Positions 1-10,300 are shown, counted from the first letter of the stretch. The stretch is 64,000 bases of DNA from an uncultured Actinomycetes bacterium (GCA_963767005.1 CAVYCN010000007.1:32001-96000); one strand, 5' to 3'. Notes: a model not told the origin generated them from the letters alone. Translations and numbers: made by a program.

Positions 1-1
1 G

Positions 2-2521
2 CACGGCGAGCGCGACCGCGAGTTCGACGTCGAGGTCGGGGCCGTCGTGCTGGCCACCGGCTTCGACCTCTACGACCCCGGCGACAAGGGCGAGTACGGC
101 TATGGCCGCTACCCGGACATCCTGTCGGCCCTCGAGTACGAGCGCATGCTCTCCGCCTCGGGGCCGACCGTGGGCGAGATCAAGCGGCCGTCCAGCGGCG
201 AGCACCCGAAGAAGATCGCCTTCATCCAGTGCGTGGGCTCGCGCGACCAGGACCACGAGTACTGCTCGAGCGTCTGCTGCATGTTCGCCAACAAGCAGGC
301 CATGCTCACGATCGACCACGTGCCCGACTGCAAGCCCGACGTCTTCCTCATGGACATGCGGGCCCAGGGCAAGGGCTTCGACGCCTTCTACGAGCGCGCC
401 CAGAACATGGGCGTGAGCTTCATCCGCTCGCGGCCCTCGTACATCAAGGAGGACCCGGCCACCCACGACCTGCTGATCACCTGGGAAGACGAAGCCGGCG
501 AGCTCCACACCGACCGCTACGACATGGTCGTGCTCAGCGCCGGCCTCGAGCCGGCGCGCAAGGCGCAGGCGGCCGCCGGCGCCCTCGGCGTGGCCCTCAA
601 CCGTCACGGCTTCTGCGAGCTGCACGAATACGCGCCGCTCGACTCGAGCCGCGAGGGCGTCTACGTCGTCGGCCCGTTCGGCGAGCCCAAGGACATCCCC
701 GACTCGGTGGCCCAGGCGAGCGCCGCGGCGGCCAAGGTGATGACCGGTCTGGCCGATTCGCGCGGCACGCTCACGGTCGACAAGGAGTACCCGGCCGAGA
801 CCGACGTCGTCGGGGTCGAACCCCGCGTCGGGGTGTTCGTCTGCCACTGCGGCTCGAACATCGCCGGCGTGATCGACGTCGAGGGCGTCGCCGAGTACGC
901 CCTCAAGCTGCCCGGCGTGGTCTACGCCAACGACACCATGTACACGTGCTCGTCCGACTCGCTCACCCTCATCAAGGACATGGTCGCCGAGCACGACCTC
1001 AACCGCGTGGTGGTGGCGAGCTGTACGCCCCGTACCCACGAGCCGATCTTCCAGGACACCCTGCGCGAGGCCGGCCTCAACCCGTTCCTGTTCGAGATGG
1101 CCAACATCCGCGACCAGGCGAGCTGGGTGCACCGCGACCACCCCGACGAGGCGACCTCCAAGGCCAAGGACCTGATCCGCATGTCGGTGGCCCGGGCGCG
1201 CCTGCTCGAGCCGCTCTACAAGGTCGACGTGCCGCTCACCCACACCGCCATCGTCCTCGGCGGCGGCGTGGCCGGCATGACCGCGGCCAACGCCCTCGGC
1301 GACATGGGCCACGAGGTCCATCTCATCGAGCGCGCCGCCGCACTCGGCGGCCGCGTGCTCGAGCTCGACCAGACCATCAAGGGCTCGCACCCGGCCGACT
1401 TCGCCGCGGCCCTCGAGCGGCGCGTCATCGACAACCCCAACGTCAAGATCCACCTCGACGCGCGCCTCGCCGACTTCCACGGCTTCATCGGCAACTTCTC
1501 GAGCGTGATCGCGACTAGCGACGGCGTCCGCACGCCCATCGACCACGGCGTCGTGATCGTGGCCACCGGCTCGCAGGAGGCCCGGCCCGACATCTACGGC
1601 CTGGGCCAGAGCGACAGGATCGTCACCGGCCTCGACCTCGAGCACCTCTTCGCCGAGGAGCCGGCGCGCCTCGCCAAGACCGGGGCGGTCGGCTTCATCC
1701 TCTGCGCCGGTTCGCTCGAGGAAGGCGCCAACTACTGCTCGCGGACCTGCTGCCAGCAGAGCGTCAAGAACGCCATCCGCCTGAAGGAACAGAACCCCGA
1801 GCGGCCGGTCTACGTGTGGTTCAAGGAGGTCCGCACCTTCGGCCTCTTCGAGGAGTACTACACCAGGGCGCGCGAGCTCGGCGTGATCTTCACGCGGTAC
1901 GACAACGACTCCAAGCCCGAGATCGTGAGCGCCGGCAGCGCCGCCAACGGCAAGCCCGGCACGCCGGTCAAGGTCGCCTACACTGACCCCTACCTGCAGC
2001 GCCGCATCGAGCTGCCGCTCGACCTGCTCGTGCTGGCCACCCCGACGGTGGCAAGCGACGGCGCCTCCGAGCTGTCCAAGATGCTCAAGGTGCCGCTCCA
2101 GGGCGACGGCTTCTTCCTCGAGGCCCACGTCAAGCTGCGCCCCGTCGACTTCTCGAGCGAGGGCATCTTCCTGTGCGGCGGCGCCCACTACCCGAAGAGC
2201 ATCGACGAGTCGGTCAGCCAGGCTTACGCGGCCGCCGGCCGGGCCGCCGCGATCCTCGCCAAGCCGGCCCTGAAGGCCGGCGGCGTCGTCGCCGAGGTCG
2301 ATCAGGACAAGTGCGCCGCGTGTCTCACCTGCGTGCGCATCTGCCCCTACGAGGTGCCGACCATCGACCCGGTCGCCAAGAAGGCCGTGATCGAGGCGGC
2401 CGCCTGCCAGGGCTGCGGCGTGTGCGTGAGCGAGTGCCCGGCCAAGGCGATCGTCCTGCACCACTACACCGACGCCCAGATCTTCGCCAAAGAAGAGGCC
2501 CTCACGATGGAGGTGAGCTGA
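2..2521 (+). CDS. hdrA: Large heterodisulfide reductase subunit A-like flavoprotein (two HdrA modules plus C-terminal 2x[4Fe-4S] domain), 5'-truncated by the window
   Basis: Frame is open from base 2. Motifs: FIQCVGSRD..YCSSVCC, RVGVFVCHCGSNIAG, SCTPRTHE, GGGVAG FAD motif, second CSRTCC, CAACLTCVRICP and CQGCGVCVSECP. Confidence 0.95.
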   Translation, partial: HGERDREFDVEVGAVVLATGFDLYDPGDKGEYGYGRYPDILSALEYERMLSASGPTVGEIKRPSSGEHPKKIAFIQCVGSRDQDHEYCSSVCCMFANKQAMLTIDHVPDCKPDVFLMDMRAQGKGFDAFYERAQNMGVSFIRSRPSYIKEDPATHDLLITWEDEAGELHTDRYDMVVLSAGLEPARKAQAAAGALGVALNRHGFCELHEYAPLDSSREGVYVVGPFGEPKDIPDSVAQASAAAAKVMTGLADSRGTLTVDKEYPAETDVVGVEPRVGVFVCHCGSNIAGVIDVEGVAEYALKLPGVVYANDTMYTCSSDSLTLIKDMVAEHDLNRVVVASCTPRTHEPIFQDTLREAGLNPFLFEMANIRDQASWVHRDHPDEATSKAKDLIRMSVARARLLEPLYKVDVPLTHTAIVLGGGVAGMTAANALGDMGHEVHLIERAAALGGRVLELDQTIKGSHPADFAAALERRVIDNPNVKIHLDARLADFHGFIGNFSSVIATSDGVRTPIDHGVVIVATGSQEARPDIYGLGQSDRIVTGLDLEHLFAEEPARLAKTGAVGFILCAGSLEEGANYCSRTCCQQSVKNAIRLKEQNPERPVYVWFKEVRTFGLFEEYYTRARELGVIFTRYDNDSKPEIVSAGSAANGKPGTPVKVAYTDPYLQRRIELPLDLLVLATPTVASDGASELSKMLKVPLQGDGFFLEAHVKLRPVDFSSEGIFLCGGAHYPKSIDESVSQAYAAAGRAAAILAKPALKAGGVVAEVDQDKCAACLTCVRICPYEVPTIDPVAKKAVIEAAACQGCGVCVSECPAKAIVLHHYTDAQIFAKEEALTMEVS

Positions 2522-2522
2522 G

Positions 2523-3095
2523 ATGGCCGACGAACCCGCCGCGGCCGCCGCGGCCCCCGTCGAAAGCGCGGAGAAGGCCGCTCAGGCGCTGCCGGCAAAC
2601 GAGGGCTTCGAGCCCGAGATCATCGTCTTCGCCTGTCACTACTGCGCCTACGCCGCCGCCGACCTGGCCGGCAGCATGCGGCTGCAGTACCCCTCGAACA
2701 TCCGCATGATCAAGCTGCCCTGCACGGGCAAGCTCGAGGTGATCCACCTGCTCAAGGCGCTCGAGGCCGGCGCCGACGGCGTCTACGCTGCCGGCTGCCT
2801 CGAGGGGGAGTGTCACTACCTCAAGGGCAACCTCTGGGCACGCAAGCGGGTCGGCTACGTCAAGAAGCTGCTCGAGGAGGTCGGCATCGATCCCGGCCGC
2901 GTCGAGATGTACAACATGTCGTCGGCCATGGGCCCGCAGTTCGCCGAGACCGCGCGCGAGTTCACCGCGCGCATCCGCGGCCTCGGCCCCAACCCGGTGC
3001 GCCCGCGCGAGGGCTTCACCGCTCACGAGCTCGTGCGCGAGCAGATGGGCGACCTCGCCATGCCCGACGACCCAGCCACCGACAGCCCCGCATGA
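2523..3095 (+). CDS. mvhD: MvhD/FlpD-type [2Fe-2S] hydrogenase iron-sulfur subunit
   Basis: FACHYCAYAAADLAG, LPCTGK and GADGVYAAGCLEGECHY motifs; directly follows hdrA. Confidence 0.95.
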   Translation: MADEPAAAAAAPVESAEKAAQALPANEGFEPEIIVFACHYCAYAAADLAGSMRLQYPSNIRMIKLPCTGKLEVIHLLKALEAGADGVYAAGCLEGECHYLKGNLWARKRVGYVKKLLEEVGIDPGRVEMYNMSSAMGPQFAETAREFTARIRGLGPNPVRPREGFTAHELVREQMGDLAMPDDPATDSPA

Positions 3096-3126
3096 CCGCG
3101 GTCTTCGTGGAGGAAGGACAGTCGAG

Positions 3127-3810
3127 ATGATCACAGCCGAACGCAAGCCCTTCGACGAGATCTACGGCATGACCGAAGGGCACGACAAGGTGCTGGTGGC
3201 CGGCTGCGACACCTGTGTCGCCGTCTGCCTGACCGGCGGAGAGAAAGAGGCGGAGATCCTCGCCTCGGAGCTGCGCATCAAGGCCAAGGAGGCCGGCCGC
3301 GACGTGCAGATCGAGCACACCGCGGCCATCCGCCAGTGCGAGTGGGAGTACCTGGACGCGATCGCCGCCAAGGTCGACGAGTACCCCCTGGTGCTCAGCA
3401 TGGCCTGCGGCATCGGCATCCAGTCGATGGCCGAGAAGTTCGCACCCAAGCTCGTGGTGCCGGCCGTCAACACCAACATGCTGGGCATGCCCCAGGAGCA
3501 CGCCATGTGGCTCGAGCGCTGCGGCGCCTGCGGCGACTGCGTGATCGGCGAGACCGCCGGCATCTGCCCGGTGGTGCGCTGCTCCAAGAGTCTCATGAAC
3601 GGTCCGTGCGGCGGCTCGCACGACGGCAAGTGCGAGGTCACGACGCCCGAGAAAGAAGACATCGACTGTGCCTGGGCGCTCATCTGGGAGCGCCTCAAGG
3701 CCCAGGGCCGCGAGGAACTGATGCTCGTCAACCGGCCGCCCAAGAACTGGAGCAAGAGCAGCTCCGGCGGACCACGGAAGATGGTGCGTGAGGAGGCGAA
3801 GCCGGTATGA
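3127..3810 (+). CDS. metV: Methylenetetrahydrofolate reductase small Fe-S/Zn subunit
   Basis: GCDTCVAVC, RQCE, MACGIG, CGACGDC..GICPVVRCSKSLMNGPCGG, CAW; overlaps metF start (ATGA). Confidence 0.93.
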   Translation: MITAERKPFDEIYGMTEGHDKVLVAGCDTCVAVCLTGGEKEAEILASELRIKAKEAGRDVQIEHTAAIRQCEWEYLDAIAAKVDEYPLVLSMACGIGIQSMAEKFAPKLVVPAVNTNMLGMPQEHAMWLERCGACGDCVIGETAGICPVVRCSKSLMNGPCGGSHDGKCEVTTPEKEDIDCAWALIWERLKAQGREELMLVNRPPKNWSKSSSGGPRKMVREEAKPV

Positions 3811-4754
3811 CCCCCGCCACCGAGTACAAGGCTGGCAGCAACATCGAGCGACTCTTCGCCGAGGGCAAGTTCGTCGTCACCGGCGAGTGCGGCCCACCCA
3901 AGAGCGCCGACGGCAGCGTGATCGAGGAGAAGGCCAAGATCCTCAAAGGCTTCGTCGACGCGGTCAACATCACCGACAACCAGACGGCGGTCGTGCGCGT
4001 GAGCTCGCTCGTGTCGGGCTATCAGGCGCAGCAGAACGGCCTCGAGGCGATCATGCAGATGACCTGCCGTGACCGGAACCGCCTCGCCATGCAGGCCGAC
4101 ATCCTGGGCGCCTCGGTGCTGGGCATCAAGAACATCCTCTGCCTGACCGGCGACCACATGAGCTTCGGCAACCACCCCGAGGCCAAGGGCGTGCACGACC
4201 TCGACGCCATCAACCTCATCCACATGTACAAGCAGATGCGCGACGAGAAGAAGTTCCAGTGCGGCGACGACATGGACGTCGCGCCGCGGCTCTTCATCGG
4301 CTGCGCCGAGAACCCGTTCGGCGACCCGTTCGAGTTCCGTGCTCTGCGCTTGAAGAAGAAGGTCGAGGCCGGCGCCGACTTCATGCAGACCCAGTGCATC
4401 TTCAACGTCCCCAAGTTCAAGAAGTGGATGGAGGAGGTGCGCGCCCTGGGCCTGCACAAGGAGATCAAGATCCTCGCCGGCCTCACGCCGCTCAAGGGCG
4501 TCGGCGCGGCGCGGTACATGAAGAACTTCGTGCCCGGCATGGACGTGCCGCAGGAGATCGTCGACCGCATGGCGAGCGTCGAGAAGGGCCCGCCGGCGCA
4601 GGCCGAGGGCAAGAAGCTGGCCGTCGAGATGATCAAGGAGATCGCCGAGATCGAGGGCGTCGCCGGCGTCCACCTGATGGCGGTCGAGTGGGAAGTGGCC
4701 GTGCCCGAGATCGTCGAGTCGGCCGGCCTCATGCCGCGTCCGACGGTGGCGTAG
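3807..4754 (+). CDS. metF: Methylenetetrahydrofolate reductase
   Basis: VTGECGPPKSAD, NITDNQ, MQMTCRDRNRLAMQAD, LTGDH, KKVEAGADFMQTQ. Confidence 0.95.
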   Translation: MTPATEYKAGSNIERLFAEGKFVVTGECGPPKSADGSVIEEKAKILKGFVDAVNITDNQTAVVRVSSLVSGYQAQQNGLEAIMQMTCRDRNRLAMQADILGASVLGIKNILCLTGDHMSFGNHPEAKGVHDLDAINLIHMYKQMRDEKKFQCGDDMDVAPRLFIGCAENPFGDPFEFRALRLKKKVEAGADFMQTQCIFNVPKFKKWMEEVRALGLHKEIKILAGLTPLKGVGAARYMKNFVPGMDVPQEIVDRMASVEKGPPAQAEGKKLAVEMIKEIAEIEGVAGVHLMAVEWEVAVPEIVESAGLMPRPTVA

Positions 4755-4770
4755 CGGAAAGGAGGGTGAC

Positions 4771-5388
4771 GTGACGACCATCGACGCCACGCTCGCCCGC
4801 CGCGTCAACCGTGGCTCGGGCGAGAACGCCTACAAGTGCTACCAGTGCAAGAAGTGCAGCACGGGCTGCCCGGTCGCCGGCTTCGGCGACCTGCACCCGG
4901 CACAGATCATGCGCGCCGTGCAGCTCGGCGCGGTCGACGCCGCCGTCGACAGCCGCTTCATCTGGCTGTGCACCGGCTGCGAGACCTGCTCCACGCGCTG
5001 CCCGCAGAGCATCGACATCGCGGCGATCATGGACGAGTTGCGCATGATTGCCCGCGAGACCGGCCGCGTGCACGCCGACGCGCCCTTCGCCAACATCCTC
5101 AAGCTCAACTACCAGTCGTTCCGGCGCTGGGGCCGCCTCTACGAGGTCGAGCTGCTCGCCCTCGACAAGGCGACGCGGCCGTCGGGCCTCATGGACGACG
5201 TCGTGATGGGCATCCAGATGTTCATGAAGGGCAAGATCAACCCGATGCCGACGATCGGCGACCGCGCCCAGATGAAGCGCATGGCGCAGGTGGCCGACCG
5301 CATCGAGCACGACAAGCGCGCGGTCGCCGCCGCCATGGACCTGCCCGACACGTCGCGTCCGCTGCCGTCCGACGGAGGTGCGCCGTGA
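4771..5388 (+). CDS. hdrC: Heterodisulfide reductase subunit C-like 2x[4Fe-4S] protein
   Basis: CYQCKKCSTGCP and CTGCETCSTRCP; SD aaggagg upstream. Confidence 0.92.
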   Translation: MTTIDATLARRVNRGSGENAYKCYQCKKCSTGCPVAGFGDLHPAQIMRAVQLGAVDAAVDSRFIWLCTGCETCSTRCPQSIDIAAIMDELRMIARETGRVHADAPFANILKLNYQSFRRWGRLYEVELLALDKATRPSGLMDDVVMGIQMFMKGKINPMPTIGDRAQMKRMAQVADRIEHDKRAVAAAMDLPDTSRPLPSDGGAP

Positions 5389-6245
5389 GCCGCGTCGCCT
5401 ACTACCCCGGCTGCTCGCTGCACGGCACCGCCAAGGAACTCGACAGCTCGTTCCTGGCCTCGGCCGCCCGGCTCGGCGTCGACCTCGTCGAGATCCCCGG
5501 CTGGGAGTGCTGCGGCAACACCGCGGCGCACGCCACCAACCGCCTGCTGGCGACCGCCCTGCCGGCCAACGAGATGGCCAAGGTCAAAGACGACCTGGGC
5601 CTCGACCGCGTGGCCGTGCCCTGCGCCGCCTGCTTCGCACGCTTCATGGCGACCAACCACGAGATGGACGACCCCGAGACGGCGCGCGACGTCGCGCAGG
5701 TGGTCGGCCGGCCCTACGCCGGCGGCGTGGGCGTGCTCAACCTCGTCGACTTCTACCACGACGAGGTCGGCCTCGAGGCGCTCAAGGCCAAGGCCACGCG
5801 GCCCTTCGACGGCCTCAAGGTGGCGGCCTACTACGGTTGCCTGCTCACCCGGCCGCCCAAGGTCACCCTGGCCGAAGACCCCGAGTACCCGACCCACATG
5901 GACGAGGTCCTCGAGGCGCTCGGCTGCGAGCCGGTCGACTGGACCTTCAAGACCGACTGCTGCGGCGCCTCGCTCGCCCTCTGCGAGCAGACCATCGTGA
6001 TCGAGCTCGTGCGCAAGATCGTGGCCAACGCCCGCGAGTGCGGCGCCCAGGCGATCGCCTGCGCCTGCCCGCTCTGCCAGGTCAACCTCGACAGCCGCCA
6101 GGGCGACATCAAAAAGACCGACCTCGGCTGGGTCGACGTGCCGATCGTCTACCTCTCCCAGTTCGTCGGCCGCGCCCTCGGCGTGGGCGACGTCGACCTC
6201 GGCCTGAGCAAGCACATGGTGGCCGTCGACGCGGTGCTCGCCTAA
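5385..6245 (+). CDS. hdrB: Heterodisulfide reductase subunit B-like CCG-domain protein
   Basis: GTG overlaps hdrC stop; YYPGCSL, WECCG, PCAACF, YYGCLLTRP, DCCGAS, ACPLCQVNLD. Confidence 0.93.
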   Translation: MSRVAYYPGCSLHGTAKELDSSFLASAARLGVDLVEIPGWECCGNTAAHATNRLLATALPANEMAKVKDDLGLDRVAVPCAACFARFMATNHEMDDPETARDVAQVVGRPYAGGVGVLNLVDFYHDEVGLEALKAKATRPFDGLKVAAYYGCLLTRPPKVTLAEDPEYPTHMDEVLEALGCEPVDWTFKTDCCGASLALCEQTIVIELVRKIVANARECGAQAIACACPLCQVNLDSRQGDIKKTDLGWVDVPIVYLSQFVGRALGVGDVDLGLSKHMVAVDAVLA

Positions 6246-6272
6246 GCGAAGGCCGCCAGAAGCATGCACGCC

Positions 6273-6320
6273 CGGACGGGGCGGGGCGCCTTGCGGCGCC
6301 CCGCCCCGTCCGCTTCTGTT
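6273..6320 (+). terminator. Intrinsic terminator after the hdr/met cluster
   Basis: 18-bp perfect stem CGGACGGGGCGGGGCGCC/GGCGCCCCGCCCCGTCCG with TTGC loop, followed by CTTCTGTT. Confidence 0.8.
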
Positions 6321-6349
6321 GACTCGTCAGCCTGCCCGCGCGCCGCCGT

Positions 6350-6378
6350 TTGATTCCTATGTGATATCACGATACTAT
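6350..6378 (+). promoter_or_regulatory. Sigma-70-type promoter with a palindromic operator in the spacer
   Basis: TTGATT(6350-55)-N17-TACTAT(6373-78); perfect palindrome GTGATATCAC at 6361-6370. Confidence 0.75.
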
Positions 6379-6423
6379 CTGTGCGGAGATCACGTCGGAG
6401 CACGGTCGAAGGAGTCCTGAGTC

Positions 6424-7986
6424 GTGGCGGCAAGGGCAGACGATACGCGGGGAGCCGGCCTCGGGGCGCCCGGCGACGGCGCGCGCGCGCCGTCGCCGGG
6501 CGCCCTGCCGCGCCTCGTGCTCGCACCGCTCGCGGCGCTCTCCGCCGCCGTCGCCCTGCTGCTCATCGCCTTCTCCGGCCGCTACGGCTACCACGGCGAC
6601 GAGCTCTACTTCCTGGTCGCCGGCCACCACCTCGCCTGGGGCTATCCCGACCTGCCGCCGCTCGTACCGCTGCTCGCCCGGGCGCTCACCGACGTCGCGC
6701 CGAGCTCGCTCGTCGTCCTGCGCCTGCCGTCGGCCCTTGCCGCCGGCGCGACCGTCGCCATCACCGCGCTCACCTGCCGCGAGCTCGGCGGCGGTAAGGC
6801 CGCGCAGCTCCTCGCCGCGGCCGCGATGGCGGTCAGCCCCCTGCTGCTCGCGGCGGCCCACCTGTTCGGCACGACGCCGCTCGACCTGTTCTTCTGGACC
6901 CTGCTCGTCTTCCTCGTCGTGCGCATCCTGCGCAGCGGCGACGACCGCCTGTGGCTCGCGGTCGGGCTCGTCGCCGGCATCGGCCTGCTGAACAAGGACC
7001 TCGTTGCGTTCCTCACTATCGGCGTGCTCGCCGGCATCGCGCTCGCCGGCCCGCGGCGCCGCCTCGCCTCGCCCTGGCTCTGGGAGGGTGCGCTGATCGC
7101 CGCCCTGCTGTGGGCGCCCTACCTGGCCTGGCAGGCCCAGCACGGCTGGCCGCAGCTCGCCGTGGCCCACTCGATCGCGGCCGGCCGCTCCGGCACCTCC
7201 GAGCCGCGCTGGGCCTTCCTGCCCTTCCAGCTCGTGCTGGTCAGCCCCTACCTGGCGCCCATCTGGATCGCCGGTCTCGTGCGCCTCTTACGCGACCCGG
7301 CATTGCGCTTCTGCCGCGCGCTCGGCTGGAGCTGGGTCGTGCTTGCCGCGGTCTTCATCGTCACCGGCGGCAAGCCCTACTACCTGGGCGGCCTCATCCC
7401 GCTGCTGCTCGCGACCGGGGCGCCGGCCACGCTCGCCTGGATGAGCCGCGGCCGGGCGCGCCTGCGCCGCGGCTTGCTGATCGCCGCCGTGGCGCTGACG
7501 GCGCTGACGGCCGTGGTCGTCACCCTGCCGGTGATCCCGGTGGCCAACCTCCACAACACGAACATCGGCTCGCTCAACTACGACGCCCTCGAGACGGTGG
7601 GCTGGCCGACCTACGTAAGCGAGATCGCCGGCGTCTACCACGGGCTACCGGCGAGCGAGCGGGCCACGACCGTGCTGCTCACCACAAGCTACGCCGAGGC
7701 CGGCGCGATCGACCGCTTCGGGTCCCCTCTCGGGCTGCCCCAGGCCTACAGCGGCCACGACGGCTTCTGGTACTGGGGGCCGCCGCCGGCGAGCGCCACG
7801 ACGGTCGTGGCCGTCGGCTTCGAGCGCGACTTCCTCGAGCGCAGCTTCGGCAGCGTGCGCCTGGCGACGCAGTTGAACGACCATCTGGACGTGAACAACG
7901 ACGATCAGGGGGCGCCGGTCTGGATCTGCCGACAGCCCCGGGAGAGCTGGCAGGCGCTGTGGCCGACGTTCCGCTACCTCGGTTGA
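6424..7986 (+). CDS. GT-C fold glycosyltransferase (family 39 / ArnT-PMT-like) membrane protein
   Basis: RYGYHGDELYF..LAWGYPDLPPL motif, multiple TM helices, GKPYY. Confidence 0.85.
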   Translation: MAARADDTRGAGLGAPGDGARAPSPGALPRLVLAPLAALSAAVALLLIAFSGRYGYHGDELYFLVAGHHLAWGYPDLPPLVPLLARALTDVAPSSLVVLRLPSALAAGATVAITALTCRELGGGKAAQLLAAAAMAVSPLLLAAAHLFGTTPLDLFFWTLLVFLVVRILRSGDDRLWLAVGLVAGIGLLNKDLVAFLTIGVLAGIALAGPRRRLASPWLWEGALIAALLWAPYLAWQAQHGWPQLAVAHSIAAGRSGTSEPRWAFLPFQLVLVSPYLAPIWIAGLVRLLRDPALRFCRALGWSWVVLAAVFIVTGGKPYYLGGLIPLLLATGAPATLAWMSRGRARLRRGLLIAAVALTALTAVVVTLPVIPVANLHNTNIGSLNYDALETVGWPTYVSEIAGVYHGLPASERATTVLLTTSYAEAGAIDRFGSPLGLPQAYSGHDGFWYWGPPPASATTVVAVGFERDFLERSFGSVRLATQLNDHLDVNNDDQGAPVWICRQPRESWQALWPTFRYLG

Positions 7987-8056
7987 TGGCGGCCGTGTCC
8001 TCAAGACCTGCGATGAGAGGTGCCGCGATGCACGGGAGCCGACCGGGAGAGGCCCG

Positions 8057-8968
8057 ATGACCGCCGGACAGGGCGGCCGGCCTGAACTGCGCGTGTCGGG
8101 ACTGCGCCACCGCTTCGGCGAGCGCCTCGCCGTCGACGGGGTCGAGTTCACGGTGGCCGGCGGCGAGATCGTCGGCCTGGTCGGGCGCAACGGCGCCGGG
8201 AAGACCACGACGATGCGCGCCGTCATGGGCATCCTGCAGCCGCGGGAGGGCGAGATCGTCTGGCGTGGCCATCCGGTCGGCTTCGACGACCGCCTGCGCT
8301 TCGGCTACATGCCCGAGGAACGCGGCCTGTACCCGCAGATGAAGATCCTGCCCCAGCTCGTCTACTTCGCCCGGCTCTGCGGGCTCGACCGCGCGACGGC
8401 CGAACGGCGCGCCGGCGAGCTGCTCGGGCGCCTCGACCTGGCGGCGCGCGCTCAGGACCTGACGATCGCCCTGTCGCACGGCAACCAGCAGCGCGTGCAG
8501 CTCGCCGTCGCGATGGTGCACGACCCCGACCTGTTCGTGCTGGATGAGCCCTTCGCCGGCCTCGACCCGAGCGTCGTCGACGAGCTCTCGACGATCCTGC
8601 GCGCCGAGGCCGACGGCGGCCACGCCATCCTCTTCTCGAGCCATCAGCTCGACCTGGTCGAGCGCCTCTGCGACCGCGTCGTCGTGCTCGAACAAGGCAG
8701 AGTGCTCGCCGCCGGTACGCTCGACGAGCTGCGCGGTCGGCTGCCGCGCCGCCTGCGCGTGAAGGTCGACGCGCCGGCCGGCTGGGAGCAGGGCCTGGCC
8801 GGCGTGCGCGCCGAGGGCGAAGACGGCGAGGGCGTCGTCCTCGACCTCGCCGGCGACGCCGACGCTCAGGCCGTCCTCGCGGCGGCCCAGGCGGCCGGGC
8901 CGGTCGAGCAGTTCGGCTACGAGCGTGGTCATCTGGTCGACGTCTACCGAGAGCTGGTGCGGCGATGA
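8057..8968 (+). CDS. ABC-2 type transporter ATP-binding protein
   Basis: Walker A GRNGAGKTT, GYMPEERGLY, LSHGNQQ, VLDEPFAGLDP, SSH. Confidence 0.93.
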   Translation: MTAGQGGRPELRVSGLRHRFGERLAVDGVEFTVAGGEIVGLVGRNGAGKTTTMRAVMGILQPREGEIVWRGHPVGFDDRLRFGYMPEERGLYPQMKILPQLVYFARLCGLDRATAERRAGELLGRLDLAARAQDLTIALSHGNQQRVQLAVAMVHDPDLFVLDEPFAGLDPSVVDELSTILRAEADGGHAILFSSHQLDLVERLCDRVVVLEQGRVLAAGTLDELRGRLPRRLRVKVDAPAGWEQGLAGVRAEGEDGEGVVLDLAGDADAQAVLAAAQAAGPVEQFGYERGHLVDVYRELVRR

Positions 8969-10155
8969 GCGGCACGTCCTCTGTCTGGCTGGTCGCGCGC
9001 CGCGAGATCGACGAGCGCCTGCGCAGCCGTACCATCCGCATCGTGACGGCGATCAGCGTCGTGCTCGTCCTGGCGGTCATCGTGGCGCCGTCGCTGTTCC
9101 ATAAGCCGGCCAAGCCGACACCCGTCGGCCTCGTGGGGACCTCGACGCAGGCGCTCGCCCCGGCGCTGCAGCGTGCCGCGAGCGCGGCCGGCGTGAAGGT
9201 GCGCCTCGTCGATCTACCGAGCGTGGCCGGCGCGCAGACGGACGTCCGATCGAAGGTGCTCGATGTGGCGCTGGTCGTGAGCGGCGACCGTGCAACCGCC
9301 CAGGTCCGGCAGGACCTCGACCCCACACTGCGCGCCCTGCTGCAGGCGGTCGTGAGCGAGACGCACCTGCGGGCGGCCCTTGTCGCGAGCGGGCTGGCGC
9401 CGTCGGCGGTGAGCCGCGCGCTCACGCCGGCGCCCCTCACGGTGGTCGCGCTCAACCCCGCGCCGGCCGACCAGACCGCGCACAGCCTCGCGGCCGTCAT
9501 CGCCGGTCTGCTCCTGTACATGAGCATCGCCATGTACGGGCAGGCGGTGGCCCAGGGCGTCGCGCAGGAGAAGACGTCGCGGACCGCCGAGGTCCTGCTC
9601 GCCGTCGTGCGGCCGAGTCGGCTGCTGGCCGGCAAGGTACTCGGCATCGGCCTCGTGGGCTTCGTGCAGATCGGCGTGACCGTCGGCGCCGGCCTCGTCG
9701 CCAACGCGCTGGTCAAGCGCGCCGAGATCCCCTCGACCATCTGGGTGTTGCTGCCCATGGTCCTGCTCTGGTTCCTGCTGGGCTTCGCTCTCTACGCCTT
9801 CGCGTGCGCCGCCGCCGGGGCTCTCGTCGCCCGGCAGGAGGAGATCGGCTTCGTCACCATGCCGATCCTGATGATCCTCATGATCAGCTTCCTGCTGATG
9901 TACGTGGCCATCGCCACGCCGGGCGCCTGGTGGCTCACGGTGGTCTCGTTCGTGCCGCCCATGGCGCCGGTCCTCATGCCGGTGCGGATCGCCCTGGTCC
10001 ACGTGCCCGCCTGGCAGGTGGCCCTCTCCGCGGCCCTGACGCTCGCCGCCGCCGTGCTCGTCGCCGCCACCGCCGCGCGCATCTACTCGTTCGCCCTGGT
10101 GCGCGGCGGCGCCAAACTGAGCTGGGGCGAGGCGCTGCGCCTGAGCCGCTCGTGA
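8965..10155 (+). CDS. ABC-2 type transporter permease (NatB/YhaP-like)
   Basis: VARREI N-terminus, QEKTSRTAEVLL..LLAGKVLG motif, 6 TM pattern. Confidence 0.9.
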   Translation: MSGTSSVWLVARREIDERLRSRTIRIVTAISVVLVLAVIVAPSLFHKPAKPTPVGLVGTSTQALAPALQRAASAAGVKVRLVDLPSVAGAQTDVRSKVLDVALVVSGDRATAQVRQDLDPTLRALLQAVVSETHLRAALVASGLAPSAVSRALTPAPLTVVALNPAPADQTAHSLAAVIAGLLLYMSIAMYGQAVAQGVAQEKTSRTAEVLLAVVRPSRLLAGKVLGIGLVGFVQIGVTVGAGLVANALVKRAEIPSTIWVLLPMVLLWFLLGFALYAFACAAAGALVARQEEIGFVTMPILMILMISFLLMYVAIATPGAWWLTVVSFVPPMAPVLMPVRIALVHVPAWQVALSAALTLAAAVLVAATAARIYSFALVRGGAKLSWGEALRLSRS

Positions 10156-10300
10156 GGAGCCGGGCCGTGCACGTGGCGACGATGACGACCGCAACGCAGC
10201 CGAATGTCGCCGCGATCGAGCATCAGCCCGACCAGATGATCCCGAGCCGCGCCGGGGGGAGCGCGGAGACCCGTCGAACCCGGCCTGGATGGAGGAACCG

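Noticed and set aside
2-6245. Selenocysteine (UGA) recoding in hdrA/mvhD
   Set aside because: All motif positions visible in the window are Cys codons, with no internal UGA
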